This document shows, piece after piece, positions 12,353 through 22,409 of a stretch of DNA of 57,625 bases (its first letter is position 1; each line of letters starts with the position of its first letter). Source of the stretch: Microgenomates group bacterium RBG_16_45_19 (GTDB lineage: Bacteria > Patescibacteriota > Microgenomatia > UBA1400 > RBG-16-45-19). The DNA is taken from NCBI GenBank assembly GCA_001803415.1, contig MHDC01000038.1:1-57625 (forward strand), read 5' to 3'. The notes below the pieces were generated by a model. It made no database searches. It saw only the letters and a list, made by a program, of their open reading frames with translations, and was not told the origin of the DNA. The position numbers and the translations under genes are program-made.

Positions 12353-13496
12353 TATTGGTACCATTGGTCATGTCGACCACGGTAAAACCACTTTAACCGC
12401 CGCCATAACTCAAACTTTAGCCAAAAAAGGTTTTGCTGAAGCCAAAAAATTTGAAGATATTGACAACGCTCCCGAAGAACGCGCTCGGGGGGTCACCATC
12501 AATGTCACTCACGTCGAGTACGAAACCGAAAAGCGTCACTATGCCCATATTGATGCTCCTGGTCACGCTGACTATATCAAAAACATGATTACCGGTGCCG
12601 CCCAAATGGATGGCGCTATTTTAGTCGTCGCCGCCACCGATGGCCCTATGCCTCAAACCCGCGAGCATATCCTTTTAGCCAAACAGGTGAATGTCCCCCG
12701 TTTGGTCGTGGCCTTAAATAAAGTTGATGCCGTCGATGATCCCGAACTCTTAGATTTAGTCGAGATGGAAATTCGCGAACTCTTAAAGAAATATGAATTT
12801 CCGGGTGATGACATTCCCATTATTCGCGTTTCCGCCCTCAAAGCCCTTGAAGGTGATGCTAAAGCCCAGGAAGCGATCATGGAATTGATGAACAAAGTTG
12901 ACGAATATATCCCCATTCCCGAACGGGATTTGGACAAACCCTACCTCATGCCGGTCGAGGACGTCTTCTCCATTAAAGGTCGGGGCACCGTCGCCACCGG
13001 TCGGATTGAACGCGGCAAAGTCAAAGTCGGCGACGATATCGAAATTATCGGCCTCAAAGATACCAAAAAATCAACCGTCACCGGCGTGGAGATGTTCCGA
13101 AAGACCCTCGATGAAGGTCAAGCCGGCGACAACGTTGGTATTCTCTTGCGGGGGATCGAAAAAGATGATGTCGAGCGCGGCCAAGTCTTAGCCAAACCCG
13201 GCTCTATTACTCCGCATACTGACTTTGAAGCCCAAGTTTACATCCTCACCAAAGAAGAGGGTGGTCGCCACAGCCCCTTTTTCACCGGCTACCGGCCTCA
13301 ATTCTACGTGCGGACGACTGACGTCACCGGTGAAATTGCTTTACCCAAGGGGGTCGAAATGGTCATGCCCGGTGATAACGCCACCATGACAGTTAAATTA
13401 ATTCAGCCGGTCGCCATGGAAGAAGGCTTCCGTTTTGCCATCCGTGAAGGTGGTAAAACCGTTGGCGCTGGTGCCATTACTAAAATCTTAAAATAA
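12315..13496 (+). CDS. tuf: Elongation factor Tu
   Basis: [35 protein letters not shown]. Confidence 0.99.
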   Translation: MAATYQRTKPHINIGTIGHVDHGKTTLTAAITQTLAKKGFAEAKKFEDIDNAPEERARGVTINVTHVEYETEKRHYAHIDAPGHADYIKNMITGAAQMDGAILVVAATDGPMPQTREHILLAKQVNVPRLVVALNKVDAVDDPELLDLVEMEIRELLKKYEFPGDDIPIIRVSALKALEGDAKAQEAIMELMNKVDEYIPIPERDLDKPYLMPVEDVFSIKGRGTVATGRIERGKVKVGDDIEIIGLKDTKKSTVTGVEMFRKTLDEGQAGDNVGILLRGIEKDDVERGQVLAKPGSITPHTDFEAQVYILTKEEGGRHSPFFTGYRPQFYVRTTDVTGEIALPKGVEMVMPGDNATMTVKLIQPVAMEEGFRFAIREGGKTVGAGAITKILK

Positions 13497-13513
13497 ATCA
13501 AGGTATCAAAACC

Positions 13514-13540
13514 AACCCGGGCTATTACTCGGGTTTTCTG
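13514..13540 (+). terminator. Probable intrinsic terminator after tuf
   Basis: aacccggg-ctatta-ctcgggtt hairpin (one G-U) followed by a short T-tract. Confidence 0.55.
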
Positions 13541-13571
13541 ATCAACCAGGCTGCCCAAAAACCCTAAGGTT

Positions 13572-13880
13572 ATGGCTCAAGACCGGATCCGCGTACGTTT
13601 AAAATCATTTGACCATCGTGTCATTGACGAAGCCGCCAAAAAAATTTTAGAGACGGCCTTGGCTACCGGAGCCACGATTGTTGGTCCGGTGCCCTTGCCC
13701 ACCCAAAAAAAGCGCTTCATCGTCTTGACCTCGCCTCATGTGGATAAAAACGCCCGGGAGCGCTTTCAACTCTTAACTCATAAGCGGCTCATCGATATCC
13801 TCAAACCCACGGGCAAAACCATCGATGCTTTGATGCATCTGGAATTGCCAGCCGGCGTCGGCATCGAAATCAAAATGTAA
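13572..13880 (+). CDS. rpsJ: 30S ribosomal protein S10
   Basis: [24 protein letters not shown]. Confidence 0.98.
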   Translation: MAQDRIRVRLKSFDHRVIDEAAKKILETALATGATIVGPVPLPTQKKRFIVLTSPHVDKNARERFQLLTHKRLIDILKPTGKTIDALMHLELPAGVGIEIKM

Positions 13881-13906
13881 TTAACCGCTTAACTGATTAT
13901 TAAATA

Positions 13907-14054
13907 AGTCAGGGAAGTGATCGTGCGTCACTCGACTGAAATTAAACAAACAATGTGGGGTAAATTGACCAAGTGATGGTACCGGTTAGCTTTGTTTTTT
14001 AAACAGGCGACCGACCCCGGCCGCTTTTTTATTGGTCTTTACCCGAAAGGTGAC
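13907..14054 (+). ncRNA. Candidate structured cis-regulatory RNA in the rpsJ-rplC spacer
   Basis: 176-nt spacer with nested stems: agtc/agtga...tcact/gact; gaccaa...ttggtc enclosing cggttagc-tgttt/aaaca-gcgaccg; ttacc-cgaaa-ggtga next to the rplC start. Confidence 0.4.
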
Positions 14055-14056
14055 TT

Positions 14057-14635
14057 GTGGCCATAATTTTTGGTTTTAAAAAGACAATGACTCAAACTTG
14101 GTCGGAAGCCGGTCGGCGTCAACCGGTGACCGTGATGACCATTCCCCCGCTGACCGTCGTTCAAGTCAAGACTCCGACCGTAGACGGTTACCATGCCCTA
14201 AAAGTCGGTTTTAGCTTGGGATCTAAACCCCGTCATTTTCGCGAAATCCGCCTGTCTGATCCCCCCACCGCCAAAGTTCAAGACGTCTTAAATTTGGCTG
14301 ATTTAGTCAAATTAGGTGATCGCTGCCACGTCACCGCTCTCTCCAAAGGTCATGGGTTTAGTGGTGTGGTCAAGCGCTGGGGATTTAAGGGTGGTCCCAA
14401 AACTCATGGTCAGTCGGACCGTCAGCGAGCCCCGGGTTCCATCGGTCAGGGCACCGACCCCGGCCGAGTCCATAAAGGTAAGAAAATGGCCGGTCATTCA
14501 GGTCAAACTAACCACCAGGTTAAAAACTTGCAGGTTGTTAAAATTGATCCGGAAAATCAGGAGCTCTGGCTTAATGGGCCGGTGCCGGGAGCTGTCGGTA
14601 CTCTCTTGAAAGTCACTCTTCCTAATCAAATCTAA
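14057..14635 (+). CDS. rplC: 50S ribosomal protein L3
   Basis: SKGHGFSGVVKRWGF, THG...RAPGSIG, KGKKMAG; GTG start. Confidence 0.97.
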   Translation: MAIIFGFKKTMTQTWSEAGRRQPVTVMTIPPLTVVQVKTPTVDGYHALKVGFSLGSKPRHFREIRLSDPPTAKVQDVLNLADLVKLGDRCHVTALSKGHGFSGVVKRWGFKGGPKTHGQSDRQRAPGSIGQGTDPGRVHKGKKMAGHSGQTNHQVKNLQVVKIDPENQELWLNGPVPGAVGTLLKVTLPNQI

Positions 14636-14641
14636 AAGCCT

Positions 14642-15268
14642 ATGCCACTCACCATCCCCCAATACGATTATCAAGGTAAACCCCAGGGTACCGTCACCGT
14701 GTCGGCCACCTATTTTAAAGCCAAAGCCAATCCTGCCTTGGTCACTCAAGCCTTGCGAATTTATCAATCTAATCAGCGACAAGTGACCAGAAAGGTGAAA
14801 ACCAGGGGCGAGATTGACCGGACCACTCAAAAAGTCTGGCGCCAAAAAGGCACCGGTCGGGCTCGTCATGGTTCTCGCCGGGCGCCAATCTTTGTCGGTG
14901 GTGGGGTCGCCCATGGACCCACCGGTCAGGAAAACTTCCGGCTTGCCCTACCCCAAAAAATGCGCCGGGCCGCCCTCAAAACCGCTTTATCTGATCACTA
15001 CCGCCGCTCTAGCCTTAAAGCGATCCTGGATTTAACGCCGCTTAAAGGCAAAACTAAACCACTCATCAAGTTGTTTTCTAAAATGGAGCTATATCCCCAA
15101 TGTCCCAAAGTCTTATTAATTTTAGATTCACCCTATCCTGAGGTCCTGCGGGCTGGCCGCAACCTTGAGTGGCTGTCCGTTAGTCAAGCTAAACGCCTGA
15201 ATCTGTTTGAAGTTTTAAATCATCAAGTCTTGGTCTTTACTACCAAAGCCCTGGATCAGTTAACTTAA
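14642..15268 (+). CDS. rplD: 50S ribosomal protein L4
   Basis: WRQKGTGRARHGS, GGGVAHGP. Confidence 0.97.
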   Translation: MPLTIPQYDYQGKPQGTVTVSATYFKAKANPALVTQALRIYQSNQRQVTRKVKTRGEIDRTTQKVWRQKGTGRARHGSRRAPIFVGGGVAHGPTGQENFRLALPQKMRRAALKTALSDHYRRSSLKAILDLTPLKGKTKPLIKLFSKMELYPQCPKVLLILDSPYPEVLRAGRNLEWLSVSQAKRLNLFEVLNHQVLVFTTKALDQLT

Positions 15269-15281
15269 TCTAGCCACCGCT

Positions 15282-15560
15282 ATGAAACCGCTCGTCACCG
15301 AAAAAACTACCCAGCAGGCTGAACTTAATCAGTACGCCTTTTTGGTGCCCACTCACCTCACCAAATCCCAGTTGAAAACCAGGCTTGAAGCTCTCTATGG
15401 CGTCAAGCTGATTAAGCTCCATACTCAGAGACGTCGGCCTCTGTCTCGACGTACCGGCCGGAAGCGCTTACCCACCCCTGTCCCGGCGCTCAAAAAAGTT
15501 ACCATTACCGTTAAAGCCGGTCAATCATTAACCGTGACTCAATTTAAGGCGGTTTCATGA
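15282..15560 (+). CDS. rplW: 50S ribosomal protein L23
   Basis: PLVTEK start, position between rplD and rplB. Confidence 0.92.
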   Translation: MKPLVTEKTTQQAELNQYAFLVPTHLTKSQLKTRLEALYGVKLIKLHTQRRRPLSRRTGRKRLPTPVPALKKVTITVKAGQSLTVTQFKAVS

Positions 15561-16396
15561 CTCTCATCACTCGCTTACCCACCAGTCCTGGCACTCGACA
15601 CCGGCAAAACCTCCGCGGTGATTGGGTCACGGCTGCTAAACCGTTTAAACCCTTAACTCTGGCCAAAGCCAAAATTACCGGTCGTAATTACCAGGGAAGA
15701 ATTACCGTTAGACATCGTGGTGGCGGCGAAAAACGCCGTCTCCGGCTGATCGATTTCAAACGGGATAAACACGACATCCCCGGCCAGATTGTTTCGATTG
15801 AATATGACCCCAACCGCACCGCCAATATTGCTTTAGTTGTCTATACCGATGGCGAAAAGCGCTATATCTTAGCTCCTCATGGCCTTAAAGTGGGCATGCG
15901 GATTATCGCCGGAGCTAAGGGGGAAATCGAATTAGGTCACGCCTTGCCTCTAAAAAAGATTCCGGTTGGCACCCCCATCCATAACTTAGAATTGCGTCCC
16001 GGTAAAGGCGGTCAGCTCTTGCGTAGTGCCGGTTCAGCCGCCTTGATTCAGAGCAAAGAAGGGGCTTTCGCCACGGTCGTCTTGCCTTCCAAAGAGATTC
16101 GCCTTATTCCCCTTGACTGTTATGCTACCATTGGTCAAGTTAGTAATCCCGAGTGGAAGACCCTTAGCTTAGGCAAGGCCGGTCGCCAGCGCCATCGGGG
16201 CATCAGGCCTCATGTCCGGGGTACCGCCCAGCATCCTGGGAGTCATCCTCATGGTGGTGGTGAAGGCCGCTCTGGCGTTGGATTGGTCCAACCTAAGACT
16301 CCCTGGGGTAAGCCAGCCCGTGGTAAGTTGACTCGCCACCGCAAGAAATATTCGCGTTCATTAATTATTAAATCTCGCCGTCAGTCAGGTCGCTGA
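15557..16396 (+). CDS. rplB: 50S ribosomal protein L2
   Basis: [27 protein letters not shown]. Confidence 0.99.
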   Translation: MTLITRLPTSPGTRHRQNLRGDWVTAAKPFKPLTLAKAKITGRNYQGRITVRHRGGGEKRRLRLIDFKRDKHDIPGQIVSIEYDPNRTANIALVVYTDGEKRYILAPHGLKVGMRIIAGAKGEIELGHALPLKKIPVGTPIHNLELRPGKGGQLLRSAGSAALIQSKEGAFATVVLPSKEIRLIPLDCYATIGQVSNPEWKTLSLGKAGRQRHRGIRPHVRGTAQHPGSHPHGGGEGRSGVGLVQPKTPWGKPARGKLTRHRKKYSRSLIIKSRRQSGR

Positions 16397-16401
16397 TATC
16401 T

Positions 16402-16686
16402 ATGAGTCGCAGTGCAAAAAAAGGGCCATACGTCAATGATAAGCTTTTAAAGAAAGTGATGCGGCAAAAGTCCCAAGGGTTAAAAGAACCCCTTAAAACC
16501 TGGGCTCGATCGAGTCAAATCCCGCCCGAGTTTGTCTCCCACACTTTTTTAGTCCACAACGGCAAAAGCTTTAAAGAAGTCTATGTTAATGAAACCATGG
16601 TCGGCCACCGCTTGGGTGAGTTTGCCCCCACCCGTTATTTCCATGGCCACGGCCGCATGGTTAAACGGATCTTAACCAAAACCTAA
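16402..16686 (+). CDS. rpsS: 30S ribosomal protein S19
   Basis: [25 protein letters not shown]. Confidence 0.98.
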   Translation: MSRSAKKGPYVNDKLLKKVMRQKSQGLKEPLKTWARSSQIPPEFVSHTFLVHNGKSFKEVYVNETMVGHRLGEFAPTRYFHGHGRMVKRILTKT

Positions 16687-16695
16687 ACCAAAAAT

Positions 16696-17100
16696 ATGAT
16701 CACAACCGTTAAGGCTCACCAAAAATTCTTGCGTCAAACCCCGCGAAAACTGCGCCTGGTGGCTCAGAGTTTTAAAAATCTGCCTCTGAACCAGGCTCTC
16801 AGTCGTTTAGACTTTATCGATAAACGGGCTGCTCGGTTACTCAAGCCGGTGGTCATCCAAGCTCAAAAAAATGCCATCAATAATGCCCACTTGCAACCAG
16901 ACTCGCTGACTGTGTCAGCCATTACCGTTGACGCCGGTCCGATTATCAAACGCTGGCAACCGGTGAGTCGGGGGCGGGCTCACTCGATTTTAAAACGTAC
17001 CTCCCACCTGACTGTCACCGTCACCGGCCTAACTCAAACCGTTAAAACCGCCGCCAAGCCAGCCACAGTTGAGCCAGCCAAAACTAAGAAAGTCAAATAA
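16696..17100 (+). CDS. rplV: 50S ribosomal protein L22
   Basis: TPRKLRLVA, RGRA..ILKRTSHLTV. Confidence 0.97.
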   Translation: MITTVKAHQKFLRQTPRKLRLVAQSFKNLPLNQALSRLDFIDKRAARLLKPVVIQAQKNAINNAHLQPDSLTVSAITVDAGPIIKRWQPVSRGRAHSILKRTSHLTVTVTGLTQTVKTAAKPATVEPAKTKKVK

Positions 17101-17101
17101 T

Positions 17102-17758
17102 ATGGGTCAAAAAGTTCATCCCTTCGGTTTCCGCCTCGGGCCACTCTACACCTGGAAGTCCCGCTGGTACGCTCCGGCCAAAGATTATCTTGGCGCCACC
17201 CTTGAAGATTACCAAGTCCGCCACTTTCTTCATCAACAATTAACCGGTGCCGGTTTGGCTCAGGTGGAAATTGAACGCTCCATCAACACCATGAAATTGA
17301 TTCTCCACGTTTCCCGCCCGGGAGTAGTGATCGGACGCGGCGGTGCCAATTTGGAGCAATTAAAACTGAATCTCTTAAAACTCTTAAAAATTAACCCTAA
17401 AGATGTTAAAACCCGGAAACTGGATATTAAAGTTGAAGAAATTAAAAATCCCGATCTCCAAGCCATCCTGGTGCTCGAACGGCTTAAAGACCAGCTAGAA
17501 AAACGCTATCCTCATCGTCGGGCCGTCGCCCAAGCCTTGGATAAAGTCATGGGGGCTGGAGCTCAAGGTATCAAAATCGTCCTCTCGGGTCGGATTGGCG
17601 GGGCGGAAATCGGCCGTACCGAAAAGTACAGCCGCGGCTCGATTCCCACCCAAACTCTGCGAGCCGATATTGATTATGCGGAAAAACCGGCTTATACCCG
17701 TTCCGGCTATGTCGGGATCAAAGTCTATATCTATCGGGGTGAACGCGCTACCAACTAA
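17102..17758 (+). CDS. rpsC: 30S ribosomal protein S3
   Basis: MGQKVHPFGFRLG, RPGVVIGRGG, SGRIGGAEI; ATG at 17102. Confidence 0.98.
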   Translation: MGQKVHPFGFRLGPLYTWKSRWYAPAKDYLGATLEDYQVRHFLHQQLTGAGLAQVEIERSINTMKLILHVSRPGVVIGRGGANLEQLKLNLLKLLKINPKDVKTRKLDIKVEEIKNPDLQAILVLERLKDQLEKRYPHRRAVAQALDKVMGAGAQGIKIVLSGRIGGAEIGRTEKYSRGSIPTQTLRADIDYAEKPAYTRSGYVGIKVYIYRGERATN

Positions 17759-17789
17759 TTATCAGTTATCCGTAATCTGTCATCTATCT

Positions 17790-18197
17790 ATGTTGCAACC
17801 TAAAAAACAAAAATACCGCAAAGCTTTTCGCGGCCGCCGCCGGGGTTTAGCCGCTCGAGCCACCACTTTAAGTTTTGGTGATTTTGGCCTCAAAGCTGCC
17901 GCCTCTGCCTGGTTGACTGCCAGACAAATCGAAGCCGCTCGCAAAACCATTACTCATCACACTAAGCGCTTGGGTAAACTGTGGCTCCGCCCTTTTCCGG
18001 ACAAACCGGTTACTAAAAAGGGTGCCGGTGTTCGGATGGGTTCGGGCAAGGGTGATATTGATCATTACGTGGCCGTCATTAAACCCGGTCACCTGATCTT
18101 TGAACTCTCAGGTGTGACTCAAACCATTGCCCGGGAAGCTTTTCGCAAAGCCTCTCATAAACTGCCGATGAAAACCGTTATCGTGACCAAAACTTAA
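17790..18197 (+). CDS. rplP: 50S ribosomal protein L16
   Basis: MLQPKKQKYRK, RQIEAARK, RMGSGKG; ATG at 17790. Confidence 0.98.
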   Translation: MLQPKKQKYRKAFRGRRRGLAARATTLSFGDFGLKAAASAWLTARQIEAARKTITHHTKRLGKLWLRPFPDKPVTKKGAGVRMGSGKGDIDHYVAVIKPGHLIFELSGVTQTIAREAFRKASHKLPMKTVIVTKT

Positions 18198-18206
18198 AGT
18201 TACCTT

Positions 18207-18419
18207 ATGAAACAAAAGGACAAAACTAAATATCAGCAAAGCCCGCTGCCGGAATTACTTAAAGCTAAGCAACAGCTTCAGCGCCAGCTAATCGAGACTA
18301 AAATTAGTCTTGAGGCCGGCAAACTAAAAAATGTGCACCAGGTTCGCACCCTTCGGGCTAATCTCGCCCGGATCTTAACCATTATTCGGGCTAAAACCCT
18401 GGTTGTCAGCAAAGGTTAA
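18207..18419 (+). CDS. rpmC: 50S ribosomal protein L29
   Basis: Synteny and LKN..VR.LR..LARILT pattern. Confidence 0.9.
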   Translation: MKQKDKTKYQQSPLPELLKAKQQLQRQLIETKISLEAGKLKNVHQVRTLRANLARILTIIRAKTLVVSKG

Positions 18420-18422
18420 TTT

Positions 18423-18689
18423 ATGAAACTGTTTATTGGTAACGTCATTTCTGTCAAGATGAAGCAAACCGCCGTGGTCAACGTTACTCGTGCTTGGACT
18501 CATCCCATCTATCACAAAACCATCAAACGCACCAAAAAATACTTAGTTCATGACCCCCAATCCCTAGCGGTGGTCGGTGATGTTGTCCGTTTTGCTCCCG
18601 CCAAACCTTTCTCCAAACGGAAGCATTTCATCTTACGCGAAGTGGTCAGTCATCATCAGTTAACTCAGCCTGTAGAAGCTAACCTCTAA
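18423..18689 (+). CDS. rpsQ: 30S ribosomal protein S17
   Basis: [26 protein letters not shown]. Confidence 0.96.
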   Translation: MKLFIGNVISVKMKQTAVVNVTRAWTHPIYHKTIKRTKKYLVHDPQSLAVVGDVVRFAPAKPFSKRKHFILREVVSHHQLTQPVEANL

Positions 18690-18693
18690 CTTT

Positions 18694-19068
18694 ATGGTCC
18701 AACTCCGGACGGTAATCACTCCAGCAGACAATTCCGGCGCTAAAAAGCTCCGCATAATCATGATTCACGGCGGTTCTAAACACAAATTCGGCACCGTTGG
18801 CGATCTGATCACCGCGTCGGTCATTGAAGCTGATCCCAAAGGTTTGGTTAAAGCGGGGGAAATGGTTAAAGCGGTCATCGTTCGGGTTAAAAAAGAGGTC
18901 AGACGTTTGGACGGCAGCTACATTCGTTTTGACGACAACGCCGCCGTTATTATTGACGGCTTGGCTACCAAAAATCCTCGAGGAACTCGGGTCTTTGGGC
19001 CGATCGCTCGGGAAGTCAAAGACGCCGGTTTTACCAAAATTGCCTCGCTCGCCCCGGAGGTGCTATGA
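18694..19068 (+). CDS. rplN: 50S ribosomal protein L14
   Basis: [27 protein letters not shown]. Confidence 0.99.
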   Translation: MVQLRTVITPADNSGAKKLRIIMIHGGSKHKFGTVGDLITASVIEADPKGLVKAGEMVKAVIVRVKKEVRRLDGSYIRFDDNAAVIIDGLATKNPRGTRVFGPIAREVKDAGFTKIASLAPEVL

Positions 19069-19391
19069 AACTTAAACTCAACGACCAAGTCATCGTCATT
19101 AGTGGCAAAGATAAGGGGAAAAAGGGCAAAATCACTCATGTTTACCCTAAAACCGCCCGGGTTTTAGTTGGAGGCATCAACCAGTACCGGCGGCACTTAA
19201 AAAAACGCAGCGATAAAACCCCTGGTGGTATCGTCTCACTGGAACGACCTTTACCGGCGGCCAACGTCATGTTGCTTTGCCCCCATTGTCATAAACCGAC
19301 TCGGGTCGGTTATGTCATTACCAAGACTGCTGAAAAATATCGTCGCTGTCGGCTGTGCGACCAGCAAATTGATCCAGCCGCTAAAGTTTAA
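19065..19391 (+). CDS. rplX: 50S ribosomal protein L24 (zinc-ribbon type)
   Basis: KOW motif [13 protein letters not shown]; CPHC...CRLC. Confidence 0.96.
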   Translation: MKLKLNDQVIVISGKDKGKKGKITHVYPKTARVLVGGINQYRRHLKKRSDKTPGGIVSLERPLPAANVMLLCPHCHKPTRVGYVITKTAEKYRRCRLCDQQIDPAAKV

Positions 19392-19396
19392 TCCTT

Positions 19397-19954
19397 ATGG
19401 AACCACTAGCCGTTGAATACCAGCAACGCCTTGTTAAGGAGCTCCAGCAAACCCTGAAGCGCTCCAATCCTTTGTCGCTGCCACGTTTAAGCAAGATTGT
19501 CGTCAATGTTGGTGTCGGTAAAAGTGACCATCGCGATCAAGTCGTTAAAAATGTAGCTGATCAGTTACTGGTCATCACCGGCCAGAAACCCAAAGTGACC
19601 CGGGCTAAACAATCAATCTCCGGTTTTAACCTTAGGCAGGGTGATCCGGTTGGTGTCGCCGTCACTCTCCGCGGCCGGTGCATGTATCAATTTTTTGAGA
19701 AGCTGGTTCGGATCGTCCTCCCCCGAGTCAAAGATTTTCAAGGTGTCTCACCCGAAGCTTTTGATCAATCCGGGACTTACACCTTAGGTTTATCTGAGCA
19801 AATTGTTTTCCCTGAGATCGAATATGATAAAATCGATACGGTTCGAGGCCTGGAAATCACCATTGTCACCACTGCCCGCAATCCGGCCGAAGCCAAATTG
19901 TTGTTAACTTTATTTGGTATCCCTTTCCGTCGAGAGGAGGCAACTAGTGGCTAA
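19397..19954 (+). CDS. rplE: 50S ribosomal protein L5
   Basis: [23 protein letters not shown]. Confidence 0.98.
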   Translation: MEPLAVEYQQRLVKELQQTLKRSNPLSLPRLSKIVVNVGVGKSDHRDQVVKNVADQLLVITGQKPKVTRAKQSISGFNLRQGDPVGVAVTLRGRCMYQFFEKLVRIVLPRVKDFQGVSPEAFDQSGTYTLGLSEQIVFPEIEYDKIDTVRGLEITIVTTARNPAEAKLLLTLFGIPFRREEATSG

Positions 19955-20132
19955 AACCTCGCAAATTGTCAGATCTCAAAGAGTGCCCAAATTTAGTACT
20001 CGCCGGGTACATCGTTGCCAACTTTGTGGCCGGTCCCGGGCTTATTTGCGTTATTTCGGACTTTGCCGGATTTGTTTTCGCCGCCTGGCTTTGCGCGGTG
20101 AACTCCCCGGCGTCACCAAATCTAACAACTAA
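19947..20132 (+). CDS. rpsN: 30S ribosomal protein S14 (zinc-binding C+ type)
   Basis: RCQLCGR...LCRICFR; GTG start at 19947 after GGAGG. Confidence 0.96.
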   Translation: MAKTSQIVRSQRVPKFSTRRVHRCQLCGRSRAYLRYFGLCRICFRRLALRGELPGVTKSNN

Positions 20133-20134
20133 CT

Positions 20135-20521
20135 ATGACCGACCCCATCGCTGACATGTTAACCCGGATCCGCAACGCCTTACGGTCCCATCAAGCGATC
20201 GTCCTCATTCCTCATTCAAAAGTCAAGGAAGCCATTGCCGTGGTCTTAAAACAAGAGCAGTACATCAATGATTACCGCGTGACTACCACTCAACCAAAAG
20301 TCATTGAACTCAATTTGCGCTATGTCGCTGGTCAACCGGCGATTTCCCACTTGAAACGCTTAAGTAAACCCGGTCGTCGGCTTTACACTTCCGCCAAGCA
20401 CTTACCTTCAGTTTTAGGTGGTTACGGCTTGACTATTCTCACTACCAATCAGGGAATCCTAACCACCAAAAAAGCTCGAAAAGCCAACCTTGGCGGCGAA
20501 GTCCTCTGCCAAATCTATTAA
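20135..20521 (+). CDS. rpsH: 30S ribosomal protein S8
   Basis: MTDPIADMLTRIRN, SKPGRRLY, GGEVLC. Confidence 0.98.
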   Translation: MTDPIADMLTRIRNALRSHQAIVLIPHSKVKEAIAVVLKQEQYINDYRVTTTQPKVIELNLRYVAGQPAISHLKRLSKPGRRLYTSAKHLPSVLGGYGLTILTTNQGILTTKKARKANLGGEVLCQIY

Positions 20522-20526
20522 ATCAT

Positions 20527-21078
20527 ATGAGCCGTTTAGCCTTAAATCCACTGACCATTCCTTTAGGGGTGACTGTCAGTCTCAAAGAACAAACCGCGAC
20601 TGTCACCGGTCCTTTGGGGACTTTAACCCAAGCCATCCCCGCGGACATCAAATTGGAATTAACGCCAACTGATCTTAAAGTCAATCAAGTGGCCACCACC
20701 TATCAAGCTCAAGCTAATCAGGGCTTGATTTACCGCTTGTTGGAAAATATGATCATCGGGGTTACCACTGGCTTCAGTCGCCATCTGGAATTAGTCGGTA
20801 CCGGTTATCGGGCTAAGCCACAAGGTGATCAATTGGAAATCAACGCCGGCTATTCCCATCCGGTCAAGTTCCAGCCGCCACCAGGCATTCGTCTCCAGGT
20901 TCCCACGGAAACGACTATCGAAGTCCACGGCATTGATAAGCAGCTGGTGGGTCAGGTGGCTGCCAATATCCGAGCCATCCGCCCACCTGAACCCTATAAA
21001 GGTAAAGGTATCCGTTATCAAGGCGAGTACGTTCGCCATAAAGCCGGTAAAACCACTAAGGTCGGTGCAGCCGCTTAA
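20527..21078 (+). CDS. rplF: 50S ribosomal protein L6
   Basis: GTGYRA, GYSHPV, RPPEPYKGKGIRY. Confidence 0.98.
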   Translation: MSRLALNPLTIPLGVTVSLKEQTATVTGPLGTLTQAIPADIKLELTPTDLKVNQVATTYQAQANQGLIYRLLENMIIGVTTGFSRHLELVGTGYRAKPQGDQLEINAGYSHPVKFQPPPGIRLQVPTETTIEVHGIDKQLVGQVAANIRAIRPPEPYKGKGIRYQGEYVRHKAGKTTKVGAAA

Positions 21079-21103
21079 AATTTATCTAAATTAAGTCATT
21101 TCT

Positions 21104-21454
21104 ATGAAATCTACTTCCACTCAGACCCGTCTGCACCGTCAGCGCCGAACCCGGTTAAAGCTTAAAGACCAAGTTGCCCGACCTCGGCTACACGTTTACC
21201 GCTCCAATCGCTACTTATACGCTCAAATTATTGATGATGCTCAAGCCAAGACCATCGTCGCCGCCTCGGAAAAAGAGCTTAAAACACCGGGTAAGACTAA
21301 AACGGAACGAGCCCACCAAGTCGGGGCTTTGCTGGCCACCAAAAGCAAAACCAAAAAAATAACTCAGGTTAAATTTGACCGTGGTCGTTATCGTTATCAT
21401 GGTCGAGTCAAGGCTTTAGCCGAAAGCGCTCGAGCTGGAGGTTTAATTTTTTAA
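21104..21454 (+). CDS. rplR: 50S ribosomal protein L18
   Basis: RPRLHVYRSN, FDRGRYRYHGRVKALA. Confidence 0.97.
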   Translation: MKSTSTQTRLHRQRRTRLKLKDQVARPRLHVYRSNRYLYAQIIDDAQAKTIVAASEKELKTPGKTKTERAHQVGALLATKSKTKKITQVKFDRGRYRYHGRVKALAESARAGGLIF

Positions 21455-21473
21455 AGTCAAACTGGATCAAACT

Positions 21474-21959
21474 ATGAGACCCACCTACCACCATGCTTCT
21501 GCCTCGGAATTTGAAGAAAAAATTATTCAAGTCAACCGAGTCAGCAAAAAAACTAAAGGCGGTAACCAAATTGGTTTTTCCGTCCTGGTGGTCGTTGGTG
21601 ATCGTCAGGGTAAAGTCGGTGTGGCTCTGGGTAAAGGACCGGATGTCATGTCTTCGATTAAGAAAGGGGTCCGCAAGGCAAAAAAAAGACTTATCACCGT
21701 GCCCTTGCGCCGGGGGACCATCCCGTTTGCCTTGGTCACCAAGTATGGTGCCGCTAAAATCCTGCTTAAACCGGCTCCGGTTGGTTCAGGCATCATTGCC
21801 GGTGGCGCGGTTCGCTCCGTTATCGAAGTCGCCGGTATCCAAAATATCGTCGGTAAAGTCCTCGGTTCCAATAATCAAGCCAACAACGCCTATGCTACTT
21901 TTAAAGCCTTAGCCCAAATCCAGCGCCTGGTCAAGTTACGTCAAGTACCCATGACTTAA
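21474..21959 (+). CDS. rpsE: 30S ribosomal protein S5
   Basis: NRVSKKTKGG, PAPVGSGIIAGG. Confidence 0.98.
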   Translation: MRPTYHHASASEFEEKIIQVNRVSKKTKGGNQIGFSVLVVVGDRQGKVGVALGKGPDVMSSIKKGVRKAKKRLITVPLRRGTIPFALVTKYGAAKILLKPAPVGSGIIAGGAVRSVIEVAGIQNIVGKVLGSNNQANNAYATFKALAQIQRLVKLRQVPMT

Positions 21960-21962
21960 ATT

Positions 21963-22409
21963 ATGCTCAAACTCCACCAATTACCCAAGAGTACCAGCCC
22001 TTCCCATAAACGACGCGGTCAAGGCTACGGCTCCGGTAAGGGTGGTCATACTTCTGGCCGAGGCCAGAAAGGCCAACTCAGCCGAAGCCGCCTTCCGCTC
22101 TGGTTTGAAGGTGGTCAGTTGCCGCAAATTCGCCGCTTTCCTTTTATTCGGGGTAAAAGTCGTTTTGATCGCCTGCGGCCCCGACCCATCATACTCAACT
22201 TGACCGACCTAAACCGCTTTCCCTCAGGCACTGTCGTCACCCCGAAAACTTTATTGGCTGCCCGTTTGGTCAGTCAGACCGAATTAGCTTCCCATCCCAT
22301 TAAAATTTTAGGTCAAGGTACTTTAAAATCGGCCTTGACCGTGTCACTCCCGACTTCTAAAGCCGCTCAAACCAAGATTGAAGCCGCTGGTGGGAAAGTC
22401 AGTCTGTGA
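21963..22409 (+). CDS. rplO: 50S ribosomal protein L15
   Basis: [34 protein letters not shown]. Confidence 0.97.
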   Translation: MLKLHQLPKSTSPSHKRRGQGYGSGKGGHTSGRGQKGQLSRSRLPLWFEGGQLPQIRRFPFIRGKSRFDRLRPRPIILNLTDLNRFPSGTVVTPKTLLAARLVSQTELASHPIKILGQGTLKSALTVSLPTSKAAQTKIEAAGGKVSL

